A DNA stretch of 64,000 nucleotides from Clostridia bacterium (GTDB lineage Bacteria > Bacillota > Clostridia > Christensenellales > UBA1242): the NCBI GenBank assembly GCA_017467585.1, contig JAFUSR010000004.1, positions 6,624 through 70,623 on the forward strand, in the 5' to 3' direction. This document shows, piece after piece, positions 9,679-18,633 of this stretch. The notes under the pieces were generated by a model, which did not search any database, was not told where the DNA came from, and was given only the letters and a program-made list of their open reading frames with translations. Each line of letters begins with the position of its first letter. Positions within the stretch are counted from its first letter, which is position 1. The position numbers and the translations under genes were made by a program.

Positions 9679-9703
9679 AAAAGCCGGAACAATTCCGGCT
9701 TTT
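9679..9703 (-). terminator. Terminator of module-1 cargo gene
   Basis: AAAAGCCGGAA-caa-TTCCGGCTTTT adjacent to stop at 9705. Confidence 0.8.
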
Positions 9704-9704
9704 A

Positions 9705-10808
9705 TTAATGCTTAAATATAAATAATCCTGTTTCGAGATACAAAATAATAACTGTAAACACAAACAGCACAACCATAATTATATCCCAAAGGCTTGCCCT
9801 GGTCTTTCTTGTATACGACAACAGCAAAATAAGTGGTGCAGCAAATCCTAGATAAAAATTAAAACCAATGCCGTAAAACAAAAACCAAGGTGAAACATAA
9901 ATAAGGCCAAAGTCAATAGCACAAACAACAATCATGATAACCGCAGAAATTACACTAATTTCAAGAGAACTTCTGTTGCTTTTTGCGTAAGTGTCATATT
10001 CTTCTGGCGTTCCACCCCATTTTGCAAACAGAAATTGTCTTAATTTGATTATAAGTGCAACACCAAAGAAAATTGCATATATTGTTATTGATCTGCATGG
10101 CATAATTGCAAGAGCTGCAACTGGCAATTCCACAATACCAGTGTTATTGAGTCCATACAAAACCGTAGACCCAACAGCAAACAAAATAGGAATAATACAC
10201 ATGAACCTGAAAATTAAAATTGCACCATCTTTTTTTATCTTTTTTGGTGTATAAAACAAAAAGAAATAAAATAATGAAAACAACGACAAATCTACAAACA
10301 CGTTGTAGTTAATAACTTTGCCAAACACTTTTTTGGCAACCATATCAGCAAAGTCATATGCATCGGCAGTGCTTTCGCTAACAACTTTGCCAATGCCCAT
10401 AAGATATCTGTAAAACACAAGAATAACAAGCAAATAAATAAGAATAGCTATTGCAGAATAAATAATGAGCATTTTTTTGATTTTTTCTCTGCTAGTCATG
10501 ATAATGCAAAAGTTTGCTGCCAAAAACATAGGCAACGCAAAAATGGACAAAACTTCAAGCACATCTGCAACATCTTTTACACCGGCTGGAACTTCCACCA
10601 TTTTGTAAACCAAGTTTAAGCACACACAAACCTGTGCAAAAAACATCAAAACAAAGCCCAAAATTTTCATGGTTCTGCCAGAGAATATTCCACGATATTT
10701 CAAATCTGGCAAACCCATTAGTTTATCTATTCTTTGTCTGTTTTTGTTTGGAACAACAATTTGTGCTTGTTGTTCGTTTGTTTCAACAATGTTTTCTTTT
10801 GTTTCCAT
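9705..10808 (-). CDS. Hypothetical multi-pass membrane protein
   Basis: 367 aa with about nine hydrophobic segments; own promoter TTGCTA-17-TATAAT at 10843-10815. Confidence 0.75.
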   Translation of the reverse strand: METKENIVETNEQQAQIVVPNKNRQRIDKLMGLPDLKYRGIFSGRTMKILGFVLMFFAQVCVCLNLVYKMVEVPAGVKDVADVLEVLSIFALPMFLAANFCIIMTSREKIKKMLIIYSAIAILIYLLVILVFYRYLMGIGKVVSESTADAYDFADMVAKKVFGKVINYNVFVDLSLFSLFYFFLFYTPKKIKKDGAILIFRFMCIIPILFAVGSTVLYGLNNTGIVELPVAALAIMPCRSITIYAIFFGVALIIKLRQFLFAKWGGTPEEYDTYAKSNRSSLEISVISAVIMIVVCAIDFGLIYVSPWFLFYGIGFNFYLGFAAPLILLLSYTRKTRASLWDIIMVVLFVFTVIILYLETGLFIFKH

Positions 10809-10881
10809 ATTTTTATTATACCAAATTGTAAAACGTTTAGCAAGTTATGGGTTTTATTTTTAATTAGTTTGCTTTTTTATA

Positions 10882-10906
10882 GGTTCAAATCCCGCTCTCT
10901 CCGCCA
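10882..10906 (+). repeat. Exact direct repeat of tRNA-Ser 3' end (att-like core)
   Basis: GGTTCAAATCCCGCTCTCTCCGCCA identical to 9604-9628. Confidence 0.92.
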
Positions 10907-11079
10907 AAAGGAACTGCATTCTAATATGCGGTTCTTTTATTTCTGTCAAAATGGTGTTGCAGGTTTTGTCATACCGACTAAAAAAGTTAAACAAAAAACA
11001 CCACTTAACTATCTAAAGAAAAAATATATCCAGTATCTTTTACAAATAAAAAAATGGTTTAGCGATTGCTAAGCCTTTT

Positions 11080-11370
11080 TTATTTTAAATCTTCACAAGT
11101 AGTTTTTATAAGATTATTTAAATAATCAACATCATCTAAATTTTCAACCATATACATTGTTTTTGCACTCTCATAGGGTATTTCTTCAGCGAGTGAAAAG
11201 CCTTTATTTGAGTGTGTTTTTTTAATTAAAAATCTATCATCATATATACCGCCAAACAAGATACCATTATGATAAAGTAGAAATTCTCCCATCATTGCTT
11301 TGCAAGTAATATTATCAAGTTCTCTCAATTGTTCTAATATAAAATCTTTAAATTGGTTTGATGATGACAT
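11080..11370 (-). CDS. TfoX/Sxy N-terminal domain protein
   Basis: FKDFILEQL, KAMMGEFLLY, GGIYDDRFLIK, PYESAK pattern of small Firmicute TfoX_N proteins. Confidence 0.8.
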   Translation of the reverse strand: MSSSNQFKDFILEQLRELDNITCKAMMGEFLLYHNGILFGGIYDDRFLIKKTHSNKGFSLAEEIPYESAKTMYMVENLDDVDYLNNLIKTTCEDLK

Positions 11371-11383
11371 AAATTACCTTCTT

Positions 11384-12127
11384 TTATTTTATAAGTTTTT
11401 CAAAAGCATTTGCATTTAATATTGTGTTAGATATAAACTTTCCTTTATAAAAATTAGCCCAATTATTGAATATACAAGGAGCATTTTTTGCTTTCTCTAG
11501 GGTGTCAATTTTTACAAAATTCAATTTAATATTTTTATTGTTTGCATAATTTGACAATTCTTTAACTTCATACTCAACATAAGGACATTCGTTACTATAA
11601 TATATTGTAAAATCTTTATTCTCAATCTGCATTTTTCTAGCAGTGTCACTAAATTTAGGTGTTGGGCTGTTATCAAATTGTAAAGCAAGCAATTCATAAT
11701 CAGCTATTGTATCAACAACTTTGAATCCAAAGTGTTCAAAAAATGTTTTTTCTCCCAAAAATGGTTTTTTCTTTTTTGCTACAATATTGCAAAGGCCACT
11801 CATCTTCTTTGATTTAGCATCGTTTATTGCATATTCAAGTAATTCTTTCGCAATACCTTTTCCTTTAAAACTACCAGCAACCCATAAGCAATAAATATAT
11901 TCATAGTTTTTACCTAAAACAGGAGCCCAAGCAGTTTCTATTGGCTCATACTCAATAAATATCTTTCCACGAGCATTTAATTTGCGAAAGATATGACCGC
12001 CTTTTAGTTTGTCTTTAATCCATTCCTTTTTACAATTTACCCCTTCTTGATGTTTTGGGTCTCCTATAGCACAACAAATATGCTCATCTTCAATATTGTC
12101 TAATGTTAGATTTACAAAATCGTTCAT
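11384..12127 (-). CDS. GNAT acetyltransferase with YoaP domain
   Basis: EHICCAI, FIEYEP.E.AWAP, CLWVAGSFKGKG, C-terminal AKNAPCIFNNWANFYKGKF. Confidence 0.85.
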   Translation of the reverse strand: MNDFVNLTLDNIEDEHICCAIGDPKHQEGVNCKKEWIKDKLKGGHIFRKLNARGKIFIEYEPIETAWAPVLGKNYEYIYCLWVAGSFKGKGIAKELLEYAINDAKSKKMSGLCNIVAKKKKPFLGEKTFFEHFGFKVVDTIADYELLALQFDNSPTPKFSDTARKMQIENKDFTIYYSNECPYVEYEVKELSNYANNKNIKLNFVKIDTLEKAKNAPCIFNNWANFYKGKFISNTILNANAFEKLIK

Positions 12128-12215
12128 AATTTTCTCCTTAAAATAACAATTTGATTATAACATAAAATTTTTATTTTGTATAAATGTTTACCGAATTCAT
12201 TAAATAAAATTTATT

Positions 12216-12251
12216 TTTTACCGTTAGAATAGAATCCCTACTGTCCCGCCA
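12216..12251 (+). repeat. Degenerate tRNA-3'-end-like junction (att-like core 3)
   Basis: TTTTACCGTTAGAATAGAATCCCTACTGTCCCGCCA; same AAT-N12-GCCA spacing as tRNA end; followed by hairpin 12263-12293. Confidence 0.6.
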
Positions 12252-12473
12252 CAAGTGAACTGTACGCACACTCGTGAAAATGAGAAGTGTGTATTTTTCT
12301 TTTTACACGAATGTTTTGGTATCATTATTCCATTTGATAAACCCAATGTTGACAATGCTGGTTGGGAAAATTGGAAAACTAAAAAACGAGATGAATATGG
12401 AAACTTTTGTAAATAAATATAAAAAATAAAGAGAGAATGTGTTAATATTCTCTCTTCGTTAGTTTGTAGATTC

Positions 12474-13121
12474 TTATTCTATAAAATTCTCAATTTCTTT
12501 TTGTAGCAAACGAAAAACATTTGCAACTAAATATCCATCAGCAATTGCATGATTTAATCTTACAGTAACAGGCATCATGAAATGTCCATTTTCTTCTCTA
12601 TATTTTCCCCAATTTATAATTGGAGCAAAAAACAAATGTCCATCAGGCAACTCAATGTTTAATGAATCATATGAAAACCATGGGATATATGATGCATCAA
12701 ACCAGTTTGGGTGATTTTGCATGTCAAGGCCATATTCCCTCGTTTCTTTTGCTCTTTCTATATCTTTCAATGCATTTTTATAAAAAGTTGGATAATCATA
12801 ATAAAACTTCGTATATACAGGAGTGCAAGTTTCTGTATCATCATGAAAAACATATTGAGTTGGATTGATCACATCATAACAAATCAGTTTATCTTCTTTA
12901 TAGAGATATCCCATTTTGTAATCATCTCTTGAGTTAAGAACTTTTGACAGAATGTATAAAAAGTTTATATAAAACTTTGTTCCAGTTTTCTTTGAATATA
13001 AAACAAGATCAGTAACATTAATTCTTGCTGTTATTGAAGTTGAACATTTACAATCTTTAGAAAAATGTTCAAAGACTCCTTTTCTGTAGTATTTGTCTTT
13101 GTCTATAACTTTATAATTCAT
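12474..13121 (-). CDS. cat: Type A chloramphenicol O-acetyltransferase-like protein
   Basis: YYRKGVFEHF, SYIPWFSY, PIINWGKY, catalytic motif LNHAIADGY. Confidence 0.85.
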   Translation of the reverse strand: MNYKVIDKDKYYRKGVFEHFSKDCKCSTSITARINVTDLVLYSKKTGTKFYINFLYILSKVLNSRDDYKMGYLYKEDKLICYDVINPTQYVFHDDTETCTPVYTKFYYDYPTFYKNALKDIERAKETREYGLDMQNHPNWFDASYIPWFSYDSLNIELPDGHLFFAPIINWGKYREENGHFMMPVTVRLNHAIADGYLVANVFRLLQKEIENFIE

Positions 13122-13196
13122 AGTTTTTCTCCAATGTAATTACATTATAGCACAATATTGTTTATATTGTGTAAAAAAGATCTAACTTTTAAAAAA

Positions 13197-13231
13197 TTTT
13201 ACCGAGAGATAGAATTCTAATGCTCCCGCCA
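13197..13231 (+). repeat. Degenerate tRNA-3'-end-like junction (att-like core 4)
   Basis: TTTTACCGAGAGATAGAATTCTAATGCTCCCGCCA, about 27/36 identical to 12216-12251 by manual alignment; followed by perfect 12-bp inverted repeat 13231-13264. Confidence 0.6.
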
Positions 13232-13331
13232 ATCAAACTTAAATTAAGCTGATTAAGTTTGATTTGGGTTGTTTTGCGCTATTGTATTATTAGATAATTT
13301 AATTGTAACAAACAAAAAACTGAATAAAAAT

Positions 13332-13365
13332 AAAAATGGCCTAGCGAACAGCTAGGTCATTTTTT
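13332..13365 (-). terminator. Terminator of surface-protein gene
   Basis: AAAAATGGCCTAGC-gaaca-GCTAGGTCATTTTT. Confidence 0.8.
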
Positions 13366-13376
13366 ATGAATATTTA

Positions 13377-16106
13377 TTAAACTTTGTTTTTATCAGATTC
13401 AGCGAGTCTTGCCGCAGCCTCTTCTTTTGTTTTAAACACGTTGAATTTTAGTGCTCTGCCTATTCTGTTTCTGTGATTAATAACAATATACCATCTCTTT
13501 CTCTTTGCAAGCAAATAGATTGGCTTTATTTCTCCATAAACAAGTGTATATCTCTTAAAACACTTGCGTGCTACAAGCAAATATATTAAACAGAACAAGA
13601 TTAGTGCTCCTAAGAAAGAACCAATGGTTATTAATGTTACTTTAACATTGAAGTTATGAACAAGTGTCTTATATTCTGCCTCTGATTCTGTCAATGTCTC
13701 ATAGTTTGCAATCACTGTTTTTTCTTCTTCGGTCAAATCATCAAAGAATGCTCTTGCATCATCAATTAGCGCTTTAGATTCTTTTGTTCTTTCAACTGTG
13801 CCTATCTCTTCAATTTTTTGTGTTACAACTTCTGTTTTTGCTTTGCTGAACACTGTTTGTAAATCTTCAATTTGTTCTGCAATTTGTGCACTTGTTACGT
13901 TTGCTTTGTCAATAAAGTCATCTTGAGAAACAGCTCTTTCTGCCATCATGTCTGCATCAATATCTGCATAACCTTCTGCAATCTTTCCGTGATATGTGTC
14001 TACTTTTTCAATAAGTGCCAAAAGTTCTGCTTTGTCTACTTGAGCTATTGTCACTGTAAAGCTTGCTTCTGCAATTGCGTTGTAGTTGTCATTTCCAAGA
14101 GCTTTATAGAAAACTGTGTATGTTGTAGCAAAACGACCTTGTGGAATTGCCGAGTTATATTCTGTTGCAAATTCTTCTTCTGTGTCTGGGTTTGTGTATG
14201 TAATTTTGTAAACAATATCTCCAGAATCATTGTATCTAAGTTCACCAGCAGTAATCAGTGCAAGGTCTTCATTATTATAAATAAGTCCTTCAACTGCTGC
14301 AGGAAGAGTTGCATACTCCGCATTTGTTTTTGTGATAACAACTGTTTGGCTATTGCGATATGTTGTCCAACCTGTTTTTGTAACTTCAAAGTAAACTGTG
14401 TATGTTCCAACATTTGTATAAGTTGGAGCTTCTATAAGGTTATATGTTCCTTCATTTGTGCCATACATAACTGTTGCATCTGTTGGGTTTGTTGGAACAA
14501 CTGAAATTGTGTGTGCAGTTCTGTCATATTCTGCTTCATAGCCATCAAACGCAACAACCATGTTTTGTGTAAAGTAAGCATAAAGTGTTGGCGCACTATC
14601 TTTATCCCATGCTTTGCAACCATGACCAGCATTGTCTATATATTTATTTCCCGCACCATTTTCTTGGTCATAATATCCATCAAATGTGTATCCGTCAAGC
14701 GTTGGGACAGACACATTAGGAAGCATTGCATCATATGTTGCTGTAACTCCCGCGTCTCCGCCTTGACCTTCTCCATTATTGAATGTTAGGTCATAAGTTT
14801 TTGCTGTCCAATTTGCCGTGTATGTTCTGTTTCCAATTGAACCTTTTGCAACGCTTACGCTTTGATTGGTGTCACCAGAAAGTCCTGTTCCACTCCAACC
14901 CTTGAAGGTGTAACCTGTTCGAGTTGGGTTTGAAATTGTAAATGCGTTGGTTGTCACATTATATGAACTTGGATGTGTGGTTCCATGTGTTCCACCATTT
15001 AAGTTATATGTGATTGAATATGTTATCAAATCTGCACTGATTGTGCCAAAATCTACAGTTGTTGTGCCGACTGTTTGTGAGGAAACACGATAAATTGCGT
15101 TTTCTGTGTCTTCTGTTCCAGAAACAAGTGTCCAGTTTGATTTGTGTTTGTATCCTTTTGCAAGTTTTGCAAACGCATAAACTGTTGTGCCACTATTAAA
15201 CTTGCTTCCACTTGCGCTTCCACTTGTTGCATTTTGATTTGATGAAAGGTAAACTGAACTTATCCCAGTTCCAGCAGTTACATTAACTGCTTGTTCTGCA
15301 ATTTCCCATTGTGCTGTAAGATTGAGTGAGGATTTAGCTGTCGGTGTATCAAACTTGCTAAGTGTTGGTGCACCATTCGCATTATAATATTGAGTTGTTC
15401 CATTTGCGTCATAATATCCCAAAAATTTGTAGCCGGACTTTGTTGGGATATTTATAGAAGAGTAAGGAAAATAATAATTAACAGACGCATTATCACTTCC
15501 TCCAGAACCACCATCCTTATTAAAATTTATTGTTACTGGTTTACCATAATAATAATTAACATTCGTGAAAATATTAATGGTGTTTGCATTATTGTTTTTA
15601 ATAACATAAGTGACAACACTTGAAGAAGTGTCAAGTAGTTCTGCTTGATAAATTTCAGAGGAAGTGCTATCACCAGAAGCTCTTGCTATATAATTTGTTG
15701 TCGAAGAATTTTTGCTGCCGTGTGTTATTGACAATTCAATGGTCGCTTGTTCACTTCCATACACCCTTAAGCCAGCATATACTAGATATTTCACTGTAGT
15801 GCTATCGTTGTTTGTGATTGTTATTGATGCTCCAGCCGACAAAGAAAAAAATCTAGTATCTGATACTGTTTTTTCTGAGCCTCCACTCCACGACCAATTA
15901 TCTTTTGTTCCGCTTGTAGGACTATCTGCTATGCTGGTAAATAATAAACTTGCAGATTGTGTTTTATCGGTATCATAATCGCTTATTGCCGCATAAGCTG
16001 TGTTCGCGTTTGATGGAATGCCTAGAAAAGCAGCACCAGCCATAAGCACAAGAGCTATTGCAATCAAGCCACTAATCAGCCAATTTTTTCTTTTTGTTTT
16101 TTTCAT
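13377..16106 (-). CDS. Cell-surface protein with InlB B-repeat-like (Listeria-Bacteroides) domains and C-terminal membrane anchor
   Basis: Signal peptide MKKTKRKNW...AYA; three PTxxGYxFxG(Y/W)...AxW/F repeats; helical stalk; C-terminal TM plus basic tail; GGGAGG RBS before 16106. Confidence 0.8.
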   Translation of the reverse strand: MKKTKRKNWLISGLIAIALVLMAGAAFLGIPSNANTAYAAISDYDTDKTQSASLLFTSIADSPTSGTKDNWSWSGGSEKTVSDTRFFSLSAGASITITNNDSTTVKYLVYAGLRVYGSEQATIELSITHGSKNSSTTNYIARASGDSTSSEIYQAELLDTSSSVVTYVIKNNNANTINIFTNVNYYYGKPVTINFNKDGGSGGSDNASVNYYFPYSSINIPTKSGYKFLGYYDANGTTQYYNANGAPTLSKFDTPTAKSSLNLTAQWEIAEQAVNVTAGTGISSVYLSSNQNATSGSASGSKFNSGTTVYAFAKLAKGYKHKSNWTLVSGTEDTENAIYRVSSQTVGTTTVDFGTISADLITYSITYNLNGGTHGTTHPSSYNVTTNAFTISNPTRTGYTFKGWSGTGLSGDTNQSVSVAKGSIGNRTYTANWTAKTYDLTFNNGEGQGGDAGVTATYDAMLPNVSVPTLDGYTFDGYYDQENGAGNKYIDNAGHGCKAWDKDSAPTLYAYFTQNMVVAFDGYEAEYDRTAHTISVVPTNPTDATVMYGTNEGTYNLIEAPTYTNVGTYTVYFEVTKTGWTTYRNSQTVVITKTNAEYATLPAAVEGLIYNNEDLALITAGELRYNDSGDIVYKITYTNPDTEEEFATEYNSAIPQGRFATTYTVFYKALGNDNYNAIAEASFTVTIAQVDKAELLALIEKVDTYHGKIAEGYADIDADMMAERAVSQDDFIDKANVTSAQIAEQIEDLQTVFSKAKTEVVTQKIEEIGTVERTKESKALIDDARAFFDDLTEEEKTVIANYETLTESEAEYKTLVHNFNVKVTLITIGSFLGALILFCLIYLLVARKCFKRYTLVYGEIKPIYLLAKRKRWYIVINHRNRIGRALKFNVFKTKEEAAARLAESDKNKV

Positions 16107-16313
16107 TTTTTCCTCCCATTTTTTGTATAAAGAATTGATTATGAATATAGTTGCGCACATCAAGTATATCACATAAGTTTTGGTAATGTATCATTTTTTG
16201 ATTAAGTTTTCAATTTAATTCAATATGCTTGTTTTTTTGTAATAATTGCATTTAACTATTTACTTTGAAGCTGTTTTTGTGATACAATTTGGTTGAAAAG
16301 GATAACTTTTTAT

Positions 16314-16808
16314 ATGGAAGCAAAAAAAAGAAAATATCAGAGCATTCTTTTGTTGAGTGGAACGGCCCTCATTGTTTTTAGTATGTGGGATATTTTAAAA
16401 ATTATTTTTTCTTTCGTCTTTAGCCCAACTCAACAATTTATTATTATGGCGCTTTTCGATTTCAACGAACAAACCATTATCTACGCAATTATTATTTTTG
16501 CCCTGCTCGCCTTAATAGAATTTTTGATTAACTTGTTTATTGCACTGAGCGCAAAAGCCGAAGCTCGTGGAAAAAAGAAAAGTGTTTTTTATCTTGTTGT
16601 GTTATGCATTCTTCTTGCAGTTTTTGTTGCAAATTTTGTTTCTTCGCTAATTATATATATTCCCGCAATTACCGACATTCTCTCCGCTATCGACGCAATT
16701 ATTATGTCTGCGGTTAGTTTTGCGAGCATATTTGCCTTGACTGAAATTTTGATTTCTTCAATCGGGTTGCGCAAAATCAACAAAAAGGAGCAACAACAAT
16801 GCAATTAG
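16314..16808 (+). CDS. Hypothetical membrane protein (about 4 TM)
   Basis: Hydrophobic ORF overlapping the start of the next gene; start could be 16293 or 16314. Confidence 0.7.
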   Translation: MEAKKRKYQSILLLSGTALIVFSMWDILKIIFSFVFSPTQQFIIMALFDFNEQTIIYAIIIFALLALIEFLINLFIALSAKAEARGKKKSVFYLVVLCILLAVFVANFVSSLIIYIPAITDILSAIDAIIMSAVSFASIFALTEILISSIGLRKINKKEQQQCN

Positions 16809-17956
16809 ATTTTCACTATTATGCAACATATTGCAGCGCCTTTTTGGCAGGATATTCTCACAAGGAAAGCATGGAAATTTGTTATAGCGCGCAACTTGTT
16901 GACTGTATGTCTAAAACATTTTTAAAAAAGATAAAAGCCAGCCCTATTGCTGCAACAACTCAGCTTTCTCTTGAAATGGTTGATTCTAACAAAGACATTC
17001 TTGAGTTGCAAAACATAACAAGAATTTGGTCTTCTTTTCACTTTTTGCCTTATGACCTCTATGCTAATATTAAAGCACCAAAACCTTATAGAGATAAATA
17101 TAGACTGATTTGCAACACAAACAGCGACCTTCTTGTGAAAACCGTTAACTTGGCAAAAAAGAACGCAACTCTTCAGTCAACTGGAATTGCCATGCACGTT
17201 TTGGCAGACACTTGGGCACACAGGTACTTTGCTGGTGTTCCATCACTCGTTATTAACAACACAAACTCATATTTTTATGAGGTTACTTACAAAGATGGTC
17301 AAGAGCAAACAAGAAAAATCAAATTTAACAACAACCCTTTTAAAACTGACGACATTGAAAACGCAATCTACACAAAAAGCATGTTTCAAACAAGTGAAAA
17401 TGCAATTATGAACTTAGGACACGGTCGCGCAGGACATTTGCCTGACTACAGTTTTATGCGCTACAAATATATGCCTGCGTGGAATAAATATGAGGTTATA
17501 TTTAAAGACAACCCTTCTGACTATTATCATGCTTTTTGCCAAATGACCTATGCTCTTAAATTTTTGCATGGCGACAGAACCTCTTTTGAAAAAGACACTT
17601 ATGAGTTTGACCAGCTCAAAAAATATGAAAACAAAATAAAAGAAATATTAGAAAAACGCCAACTAGATTCTTGCAACGACTGGAAAGCTTTTGGTGAGAG
17701 TTTGTCTGGACAAACTATTGAACCTTTTGACCTTGGCAAATATGAAGAAGAATATGTTGCTGCAACAAAACAAGCCAAAGACGACACGTTTTTGGGCAAG
17801 TTTATAGAAGCCGCCATTGCTCAAAAAAGCATGGTTACAAATGAAATTGCGGATTCTAAAAACTTTCTTGCTGGCAGGTCTATAGACAGAAAGAAACGTC
17901 GAGCAAAACGTCTTAGCAAACTGCTAAAAAAGAATAAAAAACAGGGGGTGCAATAA
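16799..17956 (+). CDS. DUF6765-like protein, putative Zn-dependent phospholipase C/P1 nuclease-like fold
   Basis: N-terminal DFHYYATY, FHFLP, HVLADTWAH, LGHG..GHLPD motifs. Confidence 0.6.
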   Translation: MQLDFHYYATYCSAFLAGYSHKESMEICYSAQLVDCMSKTFLKKIKASPIAATTQLSLEMVDSNKDILELQNITRIWSSFHFLPYDLYANIKAPKPYRDKYRLICNTNSDLLVKTVNLAKKNATLQSTGIAMHVLADTWAHRYFAGVPSLVINNTNSYFYEVTYKDGQEQTRKIKFNNNPFKTDDIENAIYTKSMFQTSENAIMNLGHGRAGHLPDYSFMRYKYMPAWNKYEVIFKDNPSDYYHAFCQMTYALKFLHGDRTSFEKDTYEFDQLKKYENKIKEILEKRQLDSCNDWKAFGESLSGQTIEPFDLGKYEEEYVAATKQAKDDTFLGKFIEAAIAQKSMVTNEIADSKNFLAGRSIDRKKRRAKRLSKLLKKNKKQGVQ

Positions 17957-17957
17957 T

Positions 17958-18494
17958 ATGACCTTGTTTCAAAAAATAAAAAGTTGTTTAGCTGCTGCAC
18001 TAATGATGGCCATTATATTCATTTTGCTCTTTTTAGAAATAAATGGCCCCATGGTAATTATGTTAATTTTGGGCATATCTCTGTTGCTTTCTGGCTTAAA
18101 AGATTTGATTTACTTTTTTGCCATGGCAAGATATATGGTCGACGGACGCATAATTTTGTATAAGTCTATCTTATATTTGGATCTTGGGGCATTCACAATT
18201 AGCATGTTCGACATAAACCCTATTTATATCATGGTTTATCTGTTGATATTGTGCGTGTTCTATGGATTCTTGAGCATTATGAGAGCCAGAGAAATTAAAC
18301 GCTTGGGGTCTTCAACATCTTGGATTTTTAAATTGTCTGAAGGAATTGTTTATATTGTTGTTGCTGTTTTAGGTTTGATTTTTATAAGAAATCAAAACGT
18401 GGCAATAATAATATATTGCGCCGCACTATTCTTCTCTGCGGTTAACAAAATAATTGTTGCATTTAAGCCTCAACCAGTGTTTTTGACACAATAA
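17958..18494 (+). CDS. HdeD/DUF308-like membrane protein
   Basis: About six TM segments in a duplicated arrangement; 1-nt gap to upstream gene. Confidence 0.55.
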   Translation: MTLFQKIKSCLAAALMMAIIFILLFLEINGPMVIMLILGISLLLSGLKDLIYFFAMARYMVDGRIILYKSILYLDLGAFTISMFDINPIYIMVYLLILCVFYGFLSIMRAREIKRLGSSTSWIFKLSEGIVYIVVAVLGLIFIRNQNVAIIIYCAALFFSAVNKIIVAFKPQPVFLTQ

Positions 18495-18507
18495 CATTAA
18501 ACTCACA

Positions 18508-18544
18508 AACAGCATATGATGGGTTGTCATATGCTGTTTTTTTA
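18508..18544 (+). terminator. Intrinsic terminator
   Basis: AACAGCATATGA...TCATATGCTGTT followed by T-run. Confidence 0.8.
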
Positions 18545-18633
18545 TTATTATTTTGTCATACAACTACTCAAAAAGCATATACTATTTCGTATTATATTAT
18601 ATAGAAAAAAATATATAAATTTGTCGATTAATC

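Larger units (their letters stand above)
9604..16200. mobile_element. tRNA-Ser-anchored island made of serial small modules; no integrase visible; right end uncertain
   Basis: Exact 25-bp repeat of tRNA 3' end at 10882-10906, degenerate copies ending 12251 and 13231; co-oriented accessory cargo. Confidence 0.7.

Noticed and set aside
10882-10906. Second tRNA gene
   Set aside because: Only the 3' 25 nt are present; no D-arm or anticodon arm upstream
10734-11072. 112-aa plus-strand ORF crossing the tRNA repeat
   Set aside because: Overlaps the opposite-strand gene and its promoter, no RBS; only the part right of the core is kept as a possible remnant
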